Source: Setoptus koraiensis (taxonomy: Eukaryota; Animalia; Arthropoda). From it: 64,000 nucleotides of DNA. Positions 40,401-54,021 of this stretch are shown here, in pieces. The DNA is taken from positions 6,882,001-6,946,000 of the forward strand of contig CM106586.1 of the NCBI GenBank assembly GCA_048013815.1, given 5' to 3'. Every line of letters begins with the position of its first letter. Position 1 is the first letter of the stretch. The notes below the pieces were generated by a model. The model was not told the DNA's origin, ran no database searches, and saw nothing but the letters and a program-made list of their open reading frames with translations. The position numbers were made by a program, and so were the translations under genes.

Positions 40401-42127
40401 TGCGATATTTAAGAGGACTTTCATTAGTTTGCTTGATACCTATGATAATCTCGCTCATTGCGTCGTACAGTTTTAATCTTGCAACAAACTATTGGTTGTC
40501 TCTTTGGTCGTCCGATTCAGATGATCCGACCAAAGCCAATGATTCGAGTCTTAGAAGAGAGCGAATGATTATCTATGGTATTCTTGGTGTATCGCAGGGT
40601 GTGTGCGTACTAATTGGGTGTCTTGCACTTGCATTTGGCTCCACCAGAGCATCCAAAAGATTACATAACAAATTACTGGATCGAGTTATGCATTCACCGA
40701 TGGTATTTTTTGACACAACGCCTGTCGGAAGAATCGTGAACCGATTCGCAAAAGATATTGATGTTGTAGACTCGGAATTACCTGGCGCCTTCAGAAGCTG
40801 GTTCAACTGTTTACTTCAAGTGGCAAGTACGATGTTCATACTGTGTTTCTCTTTTCCAACATTTCTCATGATAATGCTGCCATTGGCCATCGCATATTAT
40901 CTGATACAGAAGGTGTTCATTGTAACCACAAGACAATTGAAGCGGCTAGAGAGTATCAACAGGTCCCCGATGTATTCGCATTTCAGCGAAACACTAACAG
41001 GAATCAGTGTCATCAGGGCATACAATTGTGATGAGAGATTCATCGATCAAAACAATCTTCTCGTAGACAGAAATCAGTCATGTTGCTATCCGAATGTCAT
41101 AGCAAATCGCTGGCTATCATTGCGTTTAGAATTTTTTGGCAATATTATCACCGCTGCTGCGGCCATCTTTTCAGTGTATTATCGCGATTCTGTTAGTGCT
41201 GGAGTGACTGGCCTCACCATTTCGTATGCCATGAACATAACTCAAACATTGAGTTGGCTGGTACGAATGACATCAGATTTAGAGACTAATATAGTTAGCG
41301 TAGAGCGCATAATTGAGTACGTCAACAACAAAACAGAGGATCTGTGGTACAAGGAGAAACGTCCGGGTGCCGGTTGGCCCGAACGAGGCCAGGTAGAACT
41401 GAAGAACTATTCCACCAGATACAGGGCTGACACTGACCTTGTGTTGCATAATTTGAACTTGTCGATTGCATCCAATGAAAAAATCGGAATAGTTGGCAGG
41501 ACGGGCTCAGGTAAATCGAGTCTTTCGCTGGCACTCTTTAGAATATTAGAATCTTCATCGCCCGACGGAAAGATTCTCATCGATGGTGTTGATACGTCAC
41601 AAATAGGATTGCATGATCTTAGATCAAAGCTGACAATCATTCCCCAGGATCCTGTTCTATTCTCTGGCACACTCAGATTCAATCTGGATCCTCTAAAACT
41701 GTACACAGACGAACAAATATGGCGCTCGCTGGAAATGGCCCATCTTAAATCTCACATAGTGTCGTTACAAGGCGGTTTAGAGACCAAGGTCAGTGAATAT
41801 GGCGAGAATTTCAGTGTTGGTCAAAGACAATTGATTTGTTTAGCTAGAGCGATATTGCGCAAATCGCGCGTACTTGTTTTAGACGAAGCAACGGCTGCTG
41901 TTGACCTGGAAACGGATTCATTGGTACTGGAGACAATCCGGAAAGAATTCAATGATTGCACTGTCATAACGATAGCCCACAGAATACACACAATTCTCGA
42001 TTCCGACAGGGTACTTGTACTAGATAATGGCAGTGTAATGGAATTTGAGCGTCCAAGCGTGCTGCTAGCAAACAAAGAATCGCTTTTCTACAAGCTAGTG
42101 AAAGCAGCTGCTATTAAGTCAGTTTGA
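37415..42127 (+). pseudogene. ABCC1/MRP1-type transporter, copy 3: disrupted in TMD0, otherwise open (pseudogene or N-truncated form); exons 37415..37450, 37633..37711, 37798..42127
   Basis: Same exon structure as copy 2. TGG to TGA at 38103-38105 plus a 1-nt deletion in the T-run immediately after (ATATTTTTG to ATATTTTG). The remaining frame (38033..42127) is fully open with intact NBD motifs. Confidence 0.75.
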
Positions 42128-42610
42128 CCTACTATCGGTTGTCCCTTCACATTGGTCTCATGAATCGAAGAATTCTGGAGTTAGTTGACTATTCAGATTA
42201 GCTTGTTTAGAATCTTGCCTGTCAAGAGTAGATCAAGTTAAAGTGGATCCACCATATAAGTGGATCTTTTTACTGGAGAAAATCACGTCGAGAAGTTTCC
42301 TTCAGTTAAACGAAAAAAAAAAGATCAATAGCTTGATCTGGTCGAGACACGAGTTATATTTTTTAGGTCTTGAATTTTAATAGTTCATCTCGCACTCAAA
42401 ATAAGAAGATCACTAGAGCTGCTGATGTACCGAATCTCATTCTGCTGTTCTCCCCAAGCTCCTGCTCTTAACTTAACTGGAAATCCATATTACATAGTTT
42501 GATTCAGCCTTTGCATGCAGCTCGATCCAAATATTTAAGCGCAAATATGTAGATTGGTAAAATATATTTTGCAGTTTGGCGTAAGTTTAAATTGATTTTC
42601 TCTGTGATTA

Positions 42611-42645
<35 letters not shown>
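42611..42645. repeat. (AT)n microsatellite
   Basis: Directly visible. Confidence 0.95.
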
Positions 42646-43033
42646 AATTTCTTTGATCATAAGTATTGACCAAGTTCATATTTGGGAGATTACATGATTG
42701 GTTTGGTCTATTGAAGAGGGCATTTTAACGAATTTTAACTAGATATTAATAAAATTTCACATTGATTATGTTGAACTAGCAACAATAACACAACATTAAC
42801 TTCTCTTTGTAACAGAAAGGACATTTAAATAATGTCCAGTCTTCCTCTATCATTAGAACATTTGCTATAACAGAGTAAATCTTCTCTTCATAGTAGATTT
42901 GAGTTAATTTACATAATAGATGTTGTCTTTCTTTCCATAATCTGTCGAAAGTCTCATGGACGCGTAAGACCAACAATATCATGATCAAACGCCTATGTTT
43001 TGAGTGGCTATTTACTAATGATTTAAATCATAT

Positions 43034-44455
43034 CTAGAAACCACCAGTGGTAGTTTCTATAAGTGGTGCGGACTGAGTCTCAAAACTCTTTCTCAATCTC
43101 TTGAATTGACCGAATGGCGATGTCTCAAATAACTTGGATGCTCGTGCGAGATCAATATCCATACTATCCTCATAATCTCTAGAGGACCGACGCTTATACG
43201 AGCGTGGACTGGACGACACCGGATAAAAGCTATTTGTTAATGTATTGCCTGAGTCATGTTTCTTAGAGCTATCTTCTTCTTTGTCGTCTACTTCTTCACC
43301 ATTACTAGTATCTGAAAGATTCAAAGATTCATCTGTGCAGCTAGAGGATGGACTTGTTATTGTATCTTTAACAGTAATAGTGAAGCCATGTTGGTTTAAG
43401 GTGGGTTCATTGCTTAACGATTCGTCTTCATCAATCTTATCTTGTTCTTGTTCTTCCTGTGAGGGCTGTGGCGCCTCTGCAGCTACGTGAAATTCCTCTT
43501 CAAGGAATTTTGAAACTTTGGATACGGTATCAATAGATGGGAATTCGAATATTTTATAGCCAATATTATTCCAATTGATATGATTGATCGAAGTTTCATC
43601 TTCATTGCTCTCATTCAATTCATTGGGTTGATAAAGATTGTCAAATGAGTTGTGGCGGTTAAACAATATATCATCAAATTGGTTAGCGGTGTTGTTGTGT
43701 TCAAAATGACTAATGATCTCATTATCATCATTGTGTTGTTCATCTAAATGACTTTTTTGTAGGTTGTTGTTGTTGCCCGATTGGTGTTGTTGGCTGGTTT
43801 TGTCAACAAGGGTTTGCTCTAAATCGTCCCGTTGATCATAATCATCGTTAATATCTAACATTCTCATGCTTGTTGTGGACACTTCTATGGCATTTGGCTG
43901 GAGATGATTATTGTATTGCTGCTGTACCGAGATATTGTTATCATTAATATTATTGTTATTATTGTTATAAAGATTTTGTTGTTGTTGCTGATTATTGATT
44001 TCCCTATATTGTTGGTAATGCACAAAATGAGGCAAATTTCTTAAGGCAGTCTTGAGCAGCACCTGTTTCCTGAGATCTCGATCGGGATCCCGTTCTGTGC
44101 TCCGAAATAATTTCCTTGTAACCTCGAGCATTTTTTCACCATCTAGTATCTTGGCGTTAGTGGGAGAGGCAGCAGAGTATTCGTCATTCTCATTCGGTGT
44201 GGTAGTTGGATCAACAACAAAATCATTCTCATTAATAACAAGCTCATCATCATCATCATCATCATCATCATGGTGGTCAACAAGGTCGCTACAATGTTTC
44301 ATGTCAGTCAACAGGCGCTGCTGATGCTCGACGTGATCATCCGAAGGGTTAGCGGTGGTGGTGGTGTTGGTGGTGGTAGCGGTGGTGTGGACAGAATCGT
44401 CATCCTCTTCGTACCTGTCGTGCTGGTAAGAATGGTTGTGTGAATTGCCTGGCAT
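43034..44455 (-). CDS. Low-complexity acidic protein with a SERTA-like segment, 473 aa
   Basis: Long open frame from ATG. MLEVTRKLFRSTERDPDRDLRKQVLLKTALRNL resembles the SERTA pattern (L..KL....DP...LRRSVLI.N.LR.I). D-, N- and Q-rich tracts and a basic C-terminal segment (FKRLRK). CDS confidence is higher than that of the domain call. Confidence 0.7.
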   Translation of the reverse strand: MPGNSHNHSYQHDRYEEDDDSVHTTATTTNTTTTANPSDDHVEHQQRLLTDMKHCSDLVDHHDDDDDDDDELVINENDFVVDPTTTPNENDEYSAASPTNAKILDGEKMLEVTRKLFRSTERDPDRDLRKQVLLKTALRNLPHFVHYQQYREINNQQQQQNLYNNNNNNINDNNISVQQQYNNHLQPNAIEVSTTSMRMLDINDDYDQRDDLEQTLVDKTSQQHQSGNNNNLQKSHLDEQHNDDNEIISHFEHNNTANQFDDILFNRHNSFDNLYQPNELNESNEDETSINHINWNNIGYKIFEFPSIDTVSKVSKFLEEEFHVAAEAPQPSQEEQEQDKIDEDESLSNEPTLNQHGFTITVKDTITSPSSSCTDESLNLSDTSNGEEVDDKEEDSSKKHDSGNTLTNSFYPVSSSPRSYKRRSSRDYEDSMDIDLARASKLFETSPFGQFKRLRKSFETQSAPLIETTTGGF

Positions 44456-47400
44456 AATATTTAATAATATAATAATAACTATATAGTAATAACAATAATA
44501 ATAATTTTGTATAATAATACTAGTATAACACTAGTACATTGATAGTGGTACAATATTACAAATATTTTATAATAACTACACTAATAATAATGATAATAGT
44601 AATAATAATAATGGTAATAGTAATAATAATTAATAATAGTGGTGGCGATAATGATAGTATTGATGATGATGTGAGATATGAGATGTAACGATAGTGTGTA
44701 TGGTAAAATGATGATAATAATGTGTGGTTGTGATGCAGCGTCTCTTTCGTGCGCCCTCACTGAAGCAGCGGCAGCCAATCGCTCGTCGTCGTCGTCGTCG
44801 TCTTGTCCAACATATACAGTATGCACTACTAATAGTATAACAAGCTCTATCTGATTTCTGCAATAGCGTATTGGTAGCAGTGGCGGCGGCGGTGGTGGCG
44901 GCGGTGGTGGTGTTATGGATAGTGGTGTGTGTAATACAGTGGTGGTAGTGGTGGTAGTAGTAAAATAGAGTATACAGTAATAGTGTTTTGCTCTAACAAT
45001 AGTGGAATAGAACAACAACAACATCAACAACAACACAGTAACTAAACTACTTCTGCTGCTGTCGCCGCTGTACAACTGGTCAAACTGCTGCTGCTGCTGC
45101 TAATATTTGACGCACCAATATCCTGTCCCGTACAATTTCATTGAGGTCATTCTCAACTCTGCACACTCAAACAGAATGCTCATACACACACACACACACA
45201 CTTACAATCGTCGTCGTATACCGTTCGGTGTTGTGCGCGACGACGCACGCACAAACAAGTAAAATTGTTGCTCTTTGCTTGCCACCTTGACTGATTAGTG
45301 CACTAGTACTAAAGAGTGCGCTTTACTATTGGACTCTCTCCGTCTCTGTGCTGATATGCGCGCACGACACCATAGGGTGTAAAGAGCAAGTTGATCAATT
45401 CATACTGTTTACGCTACGCTGCCTTCCACAATTCGTTTCGTTCCCCCTCATGCACACAAGCAACTGGGTAAGCACAGATCGTGCACTAGCACATTTTCAT
45501 GTACTCATTCTGCGCTCACCGTGCTCCACACAAAGTACACGCTGCAAACCTGCCAGCAGCAGCACACGCGACGCAACTCTCTCGCTCTGTGCTTTTGTGC
45601 AGCACAAGTCGCTTTTAAGCAGTGCTACTCGCTCTCAACACCTTACTGTATGTGCACTCCTTTCAATGAACCTACATTAAATTAAAAAAAATCCTCTAGA
45701 GGCACTGGCATCGCCCGAGATATGCGCAGCCGACCAAGGACTGTTCCATCAAATGTTTTCCTTTCTGATTGCTTGCTTCAGCCCGCTCTAGACTCTATTG
45801 TGTAGAGCACGTTTCGTCGCAAGGGGGCGCCTCTCCCATTTGCCAGTTGGCAATTCTGCAGATAACCGCTTTTCGAGATCGACTGCTACTTGCTTACAAT
45901 GCTCACAGTAGCGCCGCCCTGTCTGATCCTTTGGGAAGCGTGAGTGAGTTGATTAGAAAAAGTGCACTGCGGACTCACTTACACACTTTTACACACACGA
46001 TCAGTGTGACTACATCACGGTGTAACATGACAGCCATATCCGCAGTGATTCTATATATACAGTGCACTGTGCACACAATTCAATCGCAATCGCACAATCC
46101 TTGCCAATCGCCAGTTGCTGCAACTTGTGCAGCTCGCTCTTACAGCGCACAAAACACTCACAGCTCAGACGAGTGAGCTGTTGCCATTCTTCACTTGTGG
46201 TTGGTCTATGGTCCGTCAGGGGCGCAGACTGACCGCGGGAAATGCACCGTGCCAAGCCTAGTGCCACGAGTAAATTTCTTTTAAACACTCGTTGGATTCA
46301 CGGACTCGTTCAGCGATGTTTGCGTGCAACAACATTAACAACGCGACTGGACCACCGAGCACGATAATTTTTTGAAACCCGCTTCAGGTGTCGCCATAAC
46401 TCCGCAATTCCAGCCGCCAACATACCTGTGCGAGACAGCAGGGCAGCGCCGCCCTGGCGGATCTGCTCGGAGTTGTTTAGCGCAACAGAAATGTGACGCA
46501 CGCAGTGCGGAGTTAGTCAAGTGGGCTAACGAGTGAGAAAAAATGACGACACACGAACAAACAAAATAAGCGCCAATTTTCTGTTGTGCGCGCGCGATGC
46601 GCATCAGCCATCTGTGTACCGCTTGCTGTGTTGTGTACCAGTACAGTAGCCTTGTACGCATGCTAATACTGTGCAGTGTGTTTGTGTGTGCATATCTGTA
46701 GCATCTCGCAATAAAAGTTCGATTGTAGAACTATCAGTGTGCTGGCTTTATGTTACGCTATTAGTTCGACAATACACTCCATTATGCAACGATATAATAC
46801 AAGCGATCGCCATCTTGAAACAAAGTTCCACGTGGCAGTTGTAAGAGAGGAGTTGTGCGAATTTTGTGCACTTTGCGCGTGCATACCGTTGCGGGGCAGC
46901 GCGCGTTGGCAGCATGCGCGTCGAACTATGGTCACCATAGAAATTCCATCATAGAATAGCGGCCAGAGATTAATTAGCCCCTTTGTGTGTTCACTGGTCA
47001 CCAATAGAGGTCGACAAGTGCTTGCATGAGCGCTTGCTTCGGTTACATAGCTGCACACTGGCCGCGCCGTGCATCGCACACAAGTACACTACAAATAAAC
47101 AAACACAAACAAGGCCGAAATCATGGAAACAGTTTTGTCAGAACACCCCGCGTGAGGATAGTCATTGAACTTGGCGTAAGCGTAACAACTTTTTTCTACG
47201 TAACAAAACCAATCATATCAGCGGCCAGATCGGTCGCCATTGTTGTTGTTGTCGTTGCTGTTGTCGTTGCTGTTGCTGTTGTGGCTGTCGTCGTCTCGTT
47301 TGTGCGCTGTTGACACAGCAACAGCAGCACTTGCGTTATCCAGTGCAGCAACTTTATATAGTGCACACAGTACAACAGTGACAACACAACTCTATCAACT

Positions 47401-50400
47401 ATATCATCTTGCCGAGTGACGTCTCTATTACGAATGACTCTCGGCCACCTGGTGGCGGCCGCAACATATTCAGGGCGCTTCATTTGAGGCTTCATTATTG
47501 CAGTTAACAAGTGAGTGCATTATGCAATAATTTATGCACCGCAGATAATCAAGTAGTTAGATAATTAAGTAGTTAGTTTGCTGTGTCCACCATTACGACT
47601 GACCAGTCGACACAGCTGTGTCCGTCTAGCCTCTCTAGAGGCACTCTAAATGCCACGATGAGCGATGCGAGAACCAGTGGGCGCCCATTATGCACAAACA
47701 GTAACTCGTATATGATTATCCTAATCAATGCGGCCCATTGTGCGCCTACGTCCGTGCACTACTCTTGTTGATGCCACACAATCATGGGACGTAATGACGT
47801 AAAACTAAACCTAAATATGACCCAAACAGTGGAGTGATACAGTCAAACGAGGCATTTTTATGCTACAATCAACTCGTAAGCACTTATGCAATCATCAAGC
47901 AGTTATTTATCTCATCTCACTCGATGTGAGCTGTTGTTGTTGTTGTTGTTGTGTTGTTTATGGCAACAGTAATCTACATCGTTGATTGTTGCCCATGTGC
48001 AAACATACATACTCTATTTGTCTCTGCGATCGTAATCATAACTACACAAGTGTCAATAAAGCCTTGTAAGAGCTTTACCCTACATCGCGCCATCTCTAAG
48101 ATGTATGTCGTCTTTGGCCGATAAGTGTTCGGCGGAAATTCGCTCTGGTATATAGTGGCCAACGTTCTGCTCGAAGCACAAAATTAGTCAGCATCTTGTT
48201 TATCGCATCGTTGATACGAATAAATTGATATATCTTTCACGAACTGTCGCCCTTCAACTTTTCAGCATTTTTCAACCAAGTTTATCGTTGGGGAACCACC
48301 GATTAAGATTCGTGAAACAAAACAGTGGAACAAAAGTTTTGCTGTCGCACTTGGTTTGTCATCGGCGAATTGATCTTGCACCATTATATGATCGGACTAC
48401 TCAATGTGCTGCGCTTGACAGCTTTGATCAACAATTGATCGTATTCTTCACGTCCTCAACTCGTTTCCTATTGATATTTACCTTTTTGAGTATAACAAGA
48501 CCTCCGCACAGCCAACTGCAACATGCGACACGCGACAACAACAGCGCATAAAAGAAAGTGCTTACTCGATCTTGATTGCGAGACCATTGTTTCTTGTTAG
48601 CGGATCTAATAACCACCAGCGTCGAACTGATGTCGAAACTGATGCTCTGAGTTTTGTACTTCACACATGGTGGCGGGGGTTCAGAAGTAACAGTTTGGAT
48701 TTGGAACATGTTGCTGCGATTGGTTGTAACGTGATACGCGTGGGTCAGACAACCTGACGATTCCTAAAATATGCCTGACAACTCTTGATGCTGACACCAT
48801 TACCCTATCTGCACTAATACCCGATCTGCACTGATACTCGATCAGCAATGAGAGTCCTGGAGTCACAAAGTACGCGTTAAATATCGGCGTGAGCCTTTTT
48901 TTATTCGGTTCTATCCGACGGGGAAAATGTCAAAATGTATATTTTTAGAATGACAATGCCATTGCCAATGGCCCATTGGAACATTCTTGGAGCGTTCGAG
49001 TTTTGCGCCAATAATAGCATCTGCAAAGAGCGTGGGTTATGAAGAGCGCCATTTCGTCATCCATCTATACGCGCTGTTTAATAAAACAAAATGTCTCATC
49101 ATGTTGACGTTTCAGCACCATCTAGCCTAACCATCTCGCCGTGAGTGAGTCACACACCAAGATAGCTCGGCTAGTGCATTTTGCTGACAAAACAACATGC
49201 AAACAAACAACTGTTACCCTGACAAGCCTGTGAGCCGGGTGTTTGCTTACCGGCGACCGACACCTTTATCCGCGCCGCGCGGACAAGTGTGCCGCCATGA
49301 GGTATCGGAAACGTCTATTTTGTTTGCACAAACCTGACGAACTTTTGAAAGTTCGCGACGAATGATTGATTAATTAGACTGACACTGTTAACATGTAGAA
49401 TGACGGGACGACTCTCTCGCCATAATTGTGGCGGGTATTTGGCAAGACGCGCGAGCCGATACAATTAAGAGACACTACAGAACATTGTTTGCGCCTCATA
49501 CTAGCAAAAGTATGAGAAGAGCCCATAATAATTGATATCGCTAAGATTAATTGATATGTACGATTTTGATATAATCAAAAAACGCAATATTGCATTTGCA
49601 AATTGATCGTCAATTGTGCAAGGTGCATCGAGGGTACAGGCCAAGCGGCAGAGTGCCCAGACGGGGTTATGGCGGGTCACAGTGACGCAGTGGAATGTGC
49701 GCAATCCGCGACGGCATCGCATCCGCCGCGCTGTCTGTGAACATTCTAGCGCACGCCCCTGTGCCGCTGCCATTTTTTTGAATAGCCCTGTAAAATGTGA
49801 CTGCTTTCGCTGTGCTGCAAATGCCGCCAACAATGTTGTAAAAGCCGCACAAGTGATACAGTACGTCCACTCAACAGTGTTCGAATTCTACCTAGTTCGG
49901 GGTATGCGAACATTGTGCACACGACAACATTAAAGCGCCACACTGAATTTCTCCATTACTAATGTATCGTATTATTATTATTATTATTCAAGTACAACTG
50001 TATTATTCCATGTTTTTTCAATAAATATCAAGAAATAGAAAAAAGAAAACACTGATACACACAATATTACAATAAAAACAAACAAAAATCAAACCATAAT
50101 ATAAATTTATTATTGGAGAATACCACTACGACGAGGACGACCAATTTATCGGGATTTACACCGCCACCATAATCAATTAATTATCATTACTAGCATTATT
50201 ATTATTACTATTATCTGAGATATATATTTTCGTGTTATTTAAACACATTTACCATTATTCTGTTCTAATGCATATTAACGTTCGTCACAATCGTCATTAC
50301 AAATATTATTCGGCTGACGCTAAAACGCAATTTAATTTGAGTAGTAATAATTATTATTATTATTAGAATATAAGACATAGAATAAACACACAAACGTCTC

Positions 50401-50428
50401 AAAACCAATTAGCAATTATACAACAAAA

Positions 50429-51719
50429 ATGACTACAACATCATCATTGCGCTCTGGTAATGCCAGCGACGATTACCAGGATGAATCGGGAATTTTAGAT
50501 AATATTGAGGACAGATTAATTGATGCATTCGATTCTTTGTCGGCTAAATCGGCCAAGACACGCCTGGTAGCGTTTGAGTTTATTCGTAAGACACTTACAG
50601 AACATTACATGATTGATTTCATCTTAAATCGCAAAATAACTCTACTAGACTCCATTGGACGCTGCATCAAAAGAAACAAAGGACAAGAACTTGGTCATGC
50701 AGCTATCATTATTAGTGTTTTGAGTGCCTCCATAGGTGCATGCCAGGATACAGATCAAGTGTTCAGTGAGCTCATGTCACAAATGCTAGACTTAATCATG
50801 GATCCCACTATTAGTACCGACATCAGAGTCAAATGCGCTCAATCAGTGGGCATATGCTGTTTTATTATTGGCCAATCAGTGGATGGCTATGTTGAACAAG
50901 TGATGATGTCATTGTATTCTATTTTTGTTGCTTCTTGCGCTAAGGGCGATGGAACCATGCCTCAGTTGAGCGAACAAATAACATCGTTGCATTGCGCCTG
51001 TCTACAAGCGTGGACTTTGCTGCTCACTACCCTGATTCAGACACAATCTGTCCAGGTTGCGATTGAGTTAATTGAAGAATATATGGATAAGATAACTGAA
51101 TTGTTGGATAGTTCATCCTTGGATTTACGCATTGCAGCCGGAGAGTCTCTTGCCGTTATGTGCGAAATTATACGATCACAGAATGACGATATTACAGCGG
51201 ATGATTTTTATGAATTGTGCGAAAAAATTCGTAAACTGACTACAGACAGCCAGAAATTCAAGGGAAAGAAAGATCTACGCCAGCAAAGATCCAATTTTAG
51301 AGATATATTGTCAGCTGTAGAAGATGACGAGCCACCAAACGCGACTATTAAATTTGGAAAAGAACGTCTCTCGTTGGACTTGTGGTCTCGCAAGAGGCAA
51401 TACGATGCTTTCTGTGATCTATTAGGCACTGGTATGAATCATCATCTTGCAGAGAATGAAGTTATCAGAGATATTTTCGAATTGGGTCCTGTAGTGCTAG
51501 ATTTAGATTACAAAAATAAGACCAACAAATCTGATATGGTATGTATAGATGAAGTATAATGTTTAATCTATCAATTAATCTCTGCGCAGTTAACTAATCA
51601 ACTATCTTAACTTCTCCTTTCTCACTCCAAATTAGTACTACGGAAATGTAGCTGCCGACAAGTTACGGACTAAAAATATGCGCAAATTACGAGATAAGAG
51701 GGCTGTGTTATTGTGTTGA
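50429..51719 (+). CDS. IFRD1: Interferon-related developmental regulator; join(50429..51538,51636..51719)
   Basis: KSAKTR, DLRIAAGESLA, RKGK-like KFKGKKDLRQQRSNFRD, YDAFCDLLGTGMNHHLAENEVIRDIFELGP. A 97-nt intron (ATG|GTATGT ... TTAG|) joins to YYGNVAADKLRTKNMRKLRDKRA, matching the IFRD C-terminus. Additional 5' sequence is possible. Confidence 0.93.
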
Positions 51720-51974
51720 TATCAATAGATTACTAATATTGTTATTTCTTGTAGGTATCATGTTTAGTTGTTATCTATGAATCGCACATCGATAATAACT
51801 TGTTCAGAAGAGATCTATTTACATATAAATCTTTACTACCCCCTAGAACTTGCACGACATGTTGTTACCAATATCTTACAAAATAAACCTGTATACTTTA
51901 GATAAATTCATTTTAACCATTTAACGAAGATATCGTTCATATTACCCCGAGTGACTATTATTAAATCGTTCGAA

Positions 51975-51977
<3 letters not shown>

Positions 51978-52017
<40 letters not shown>
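51978..52017. repeat. (AT)n microsatellite
   Basis: Directly visible. Confidence 0.95.
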
Positions 52018-52020
<3 letters not shown>

Positions 52021-54021
52021 CGTAGTTAGCTGTAATATTTTATGATAGATCAACCTTGTCCACTGAGTGCAGTTGCTATTGTACCGGAAGCCTGTTACAA
52101 CAACTGCAATAGCTCGCCTTGAATGTTTGTCTACTTTGTCGAGTTAAGCTTCCTCGTGCGTTTTGCAAGTTTATTTAAGTAGGCGATAATGAGCGGAATA
52201 TTGAATAATGGCTTCTACACTATTTCTTGCCAGTCTCGACAAATAATGTCAGGCCGCACTGATCAACTTTACGAGCATGTTGTTATGTTATGTCTGTGTA
52301 AATCTCGAAATGGAAAAAAGCTGGTCCTTCCACATAGGCTAGTATATCTATTGTTGGCGTAAAGAACTGAACCAGGCTTTGTTTGAAAGAATTAAAGGGA
52401 AAGTTCTGAAAAGTTCTTGTTGATATGTCACACTTGCTTGAATTTTGAGCATCGGCATCAAAAGCTCTGATATGCAAAGTGGTAGTTGATTGCCACTTTA
52501 GGCCACTCCTACAACAAAACGTTGAATTGTACAAGATAAAAGTATTGCTCTTACACTGCACACCGATATAAATGTAGCTATGAGCGATTTGTGTATGTAT
52601 GTATGTATATATATATATTCTAATAGCGTCTCAGGGCCATTCTGTCCAGCCTCTACTGATACATTGTAGCGTGTCGCATCGACTTTTACCTTTGCACTAT
52701 ACGGTTATTCATTGGCATTCCACAGGTATATCACAAGGTATTGATCTCGTTACATGGTGCACACCACCAGACTCGACGAATTTCAACTCTGAGAACGAGC
52801 AGTGTCAGATTATTGTTGCAATGGACACTTTCTAATCTAATCTTCTTGCCAGCTTGATACTAATACTATGCTAAATATCTCAATACATGCGATAACAGCG
52901 AGTCAACCTGTTTTCGGTGTTGCTGCTGCTGCCGTTGTTGCATTTCAGTTTTGATATTGTTGCATCTGGTTGGCACCAGATAGTACAACTGCGAACAACA
53001 ACAAATATCCTACCGCCATTAGAGAGGTTAAAAGAGAGAATGAGCCATCATCGCACTGTTACATCATTCATCAGTTAGTGTTAGCTGGAAGAAGTTTTTT
53101 AAAGACGAGAAGTAGCTGTTATCAGTTAGCAGTTAGGTGGAAGAAGTCCGACAGAAAACAACAACAAGCCAGCAGAGAATACTAGATTAGATTGACAAGA
53201 CAAATGCAATTCTATTATATGCAAGCAGCACAAGGAACAAGTATGAAATATCAAATGAATAAGCGAGAGGATATCATTCCGAGCGACAATCAGCACCAAC
53301 AAGTGTTATGCCAAGCAAGGTTATGTAAATGTGGCGCAAATTTGCAAGTTGAAAGTATTGCCAACGCAATTGTTGTAATATTGGCTAGTGTGTCGCATTA
53401 GAACTGACAGCCACTTCTTTGTGTTATCATTTATTGTCAACAAGAGCCTCATCCGTAAAAGAAAGAAACAGCCAGACAGACAAGAAGAGCGCAATCATAT
53501 TGCACAGCATATTTTATTTCATTTTATCATACCATTCACATCATAAGCTCATCAATCGTGTCCACTGTTGGCGCATACACCGATTTGGGCGATCTAAATA
53601 AACGGTATCCATCAAGACACAGTTGCGATTGTTGAAACGGTGTTTGGTCGGTGCTCAGTTCCGACAAACATAATTTATCCCAACAGCATTCTGTTGTTCG
53701 GGCAAATGTGTTTGTGCAACAAGAAGATAGAGGCCACAAGTGGCTGAAAAGTCAATAACTGTAGTCAATTAGTAGAAAAGTCAATTGTAGATACAGCCAA
53801 CAAAGGTCGACAAACGGTCAGCGGACGGTTGGCCTCAAATTAGTTCAGTCGACACCATTTTTATTTCTACTTGATTTTGTTTGATTTTATTATTATTATT
53901 TTATTTCGATCATCGTCAGGGCACGCGCAAAACAAAACAAGTGGCGTGCAGCAACAACCGAACAACAGCAACAACATCATCAAAGAGCAGTTAGACCCGA
54001 TGCAACAGTCAATAAAAAACT

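Noticed and set aside
32670-42075. Antisense and alternative-frame ORFs repeated within the ABCC copies (e.g. [10 protein letters not shown]..., MYSFRGSRL...)
   Set aside because: Shadow frames of the duplicated ABCC CDS; their recurrence simply reflects the duplication.
44581-45075. 164-aa ORF with poly-T/P/D/Y tracts
   Set aside because: TTG start and composed of trinucleotide repeats; more likely leader or intron sequence of the SERTA-like gene.
52283-53739. Several protein-looking minus-strand ORFs between IFRD1 and the polycystin-like gene
   Set aside because: No recognisable family and no consistent splice chain could be built; cannot be supported without RNA data.
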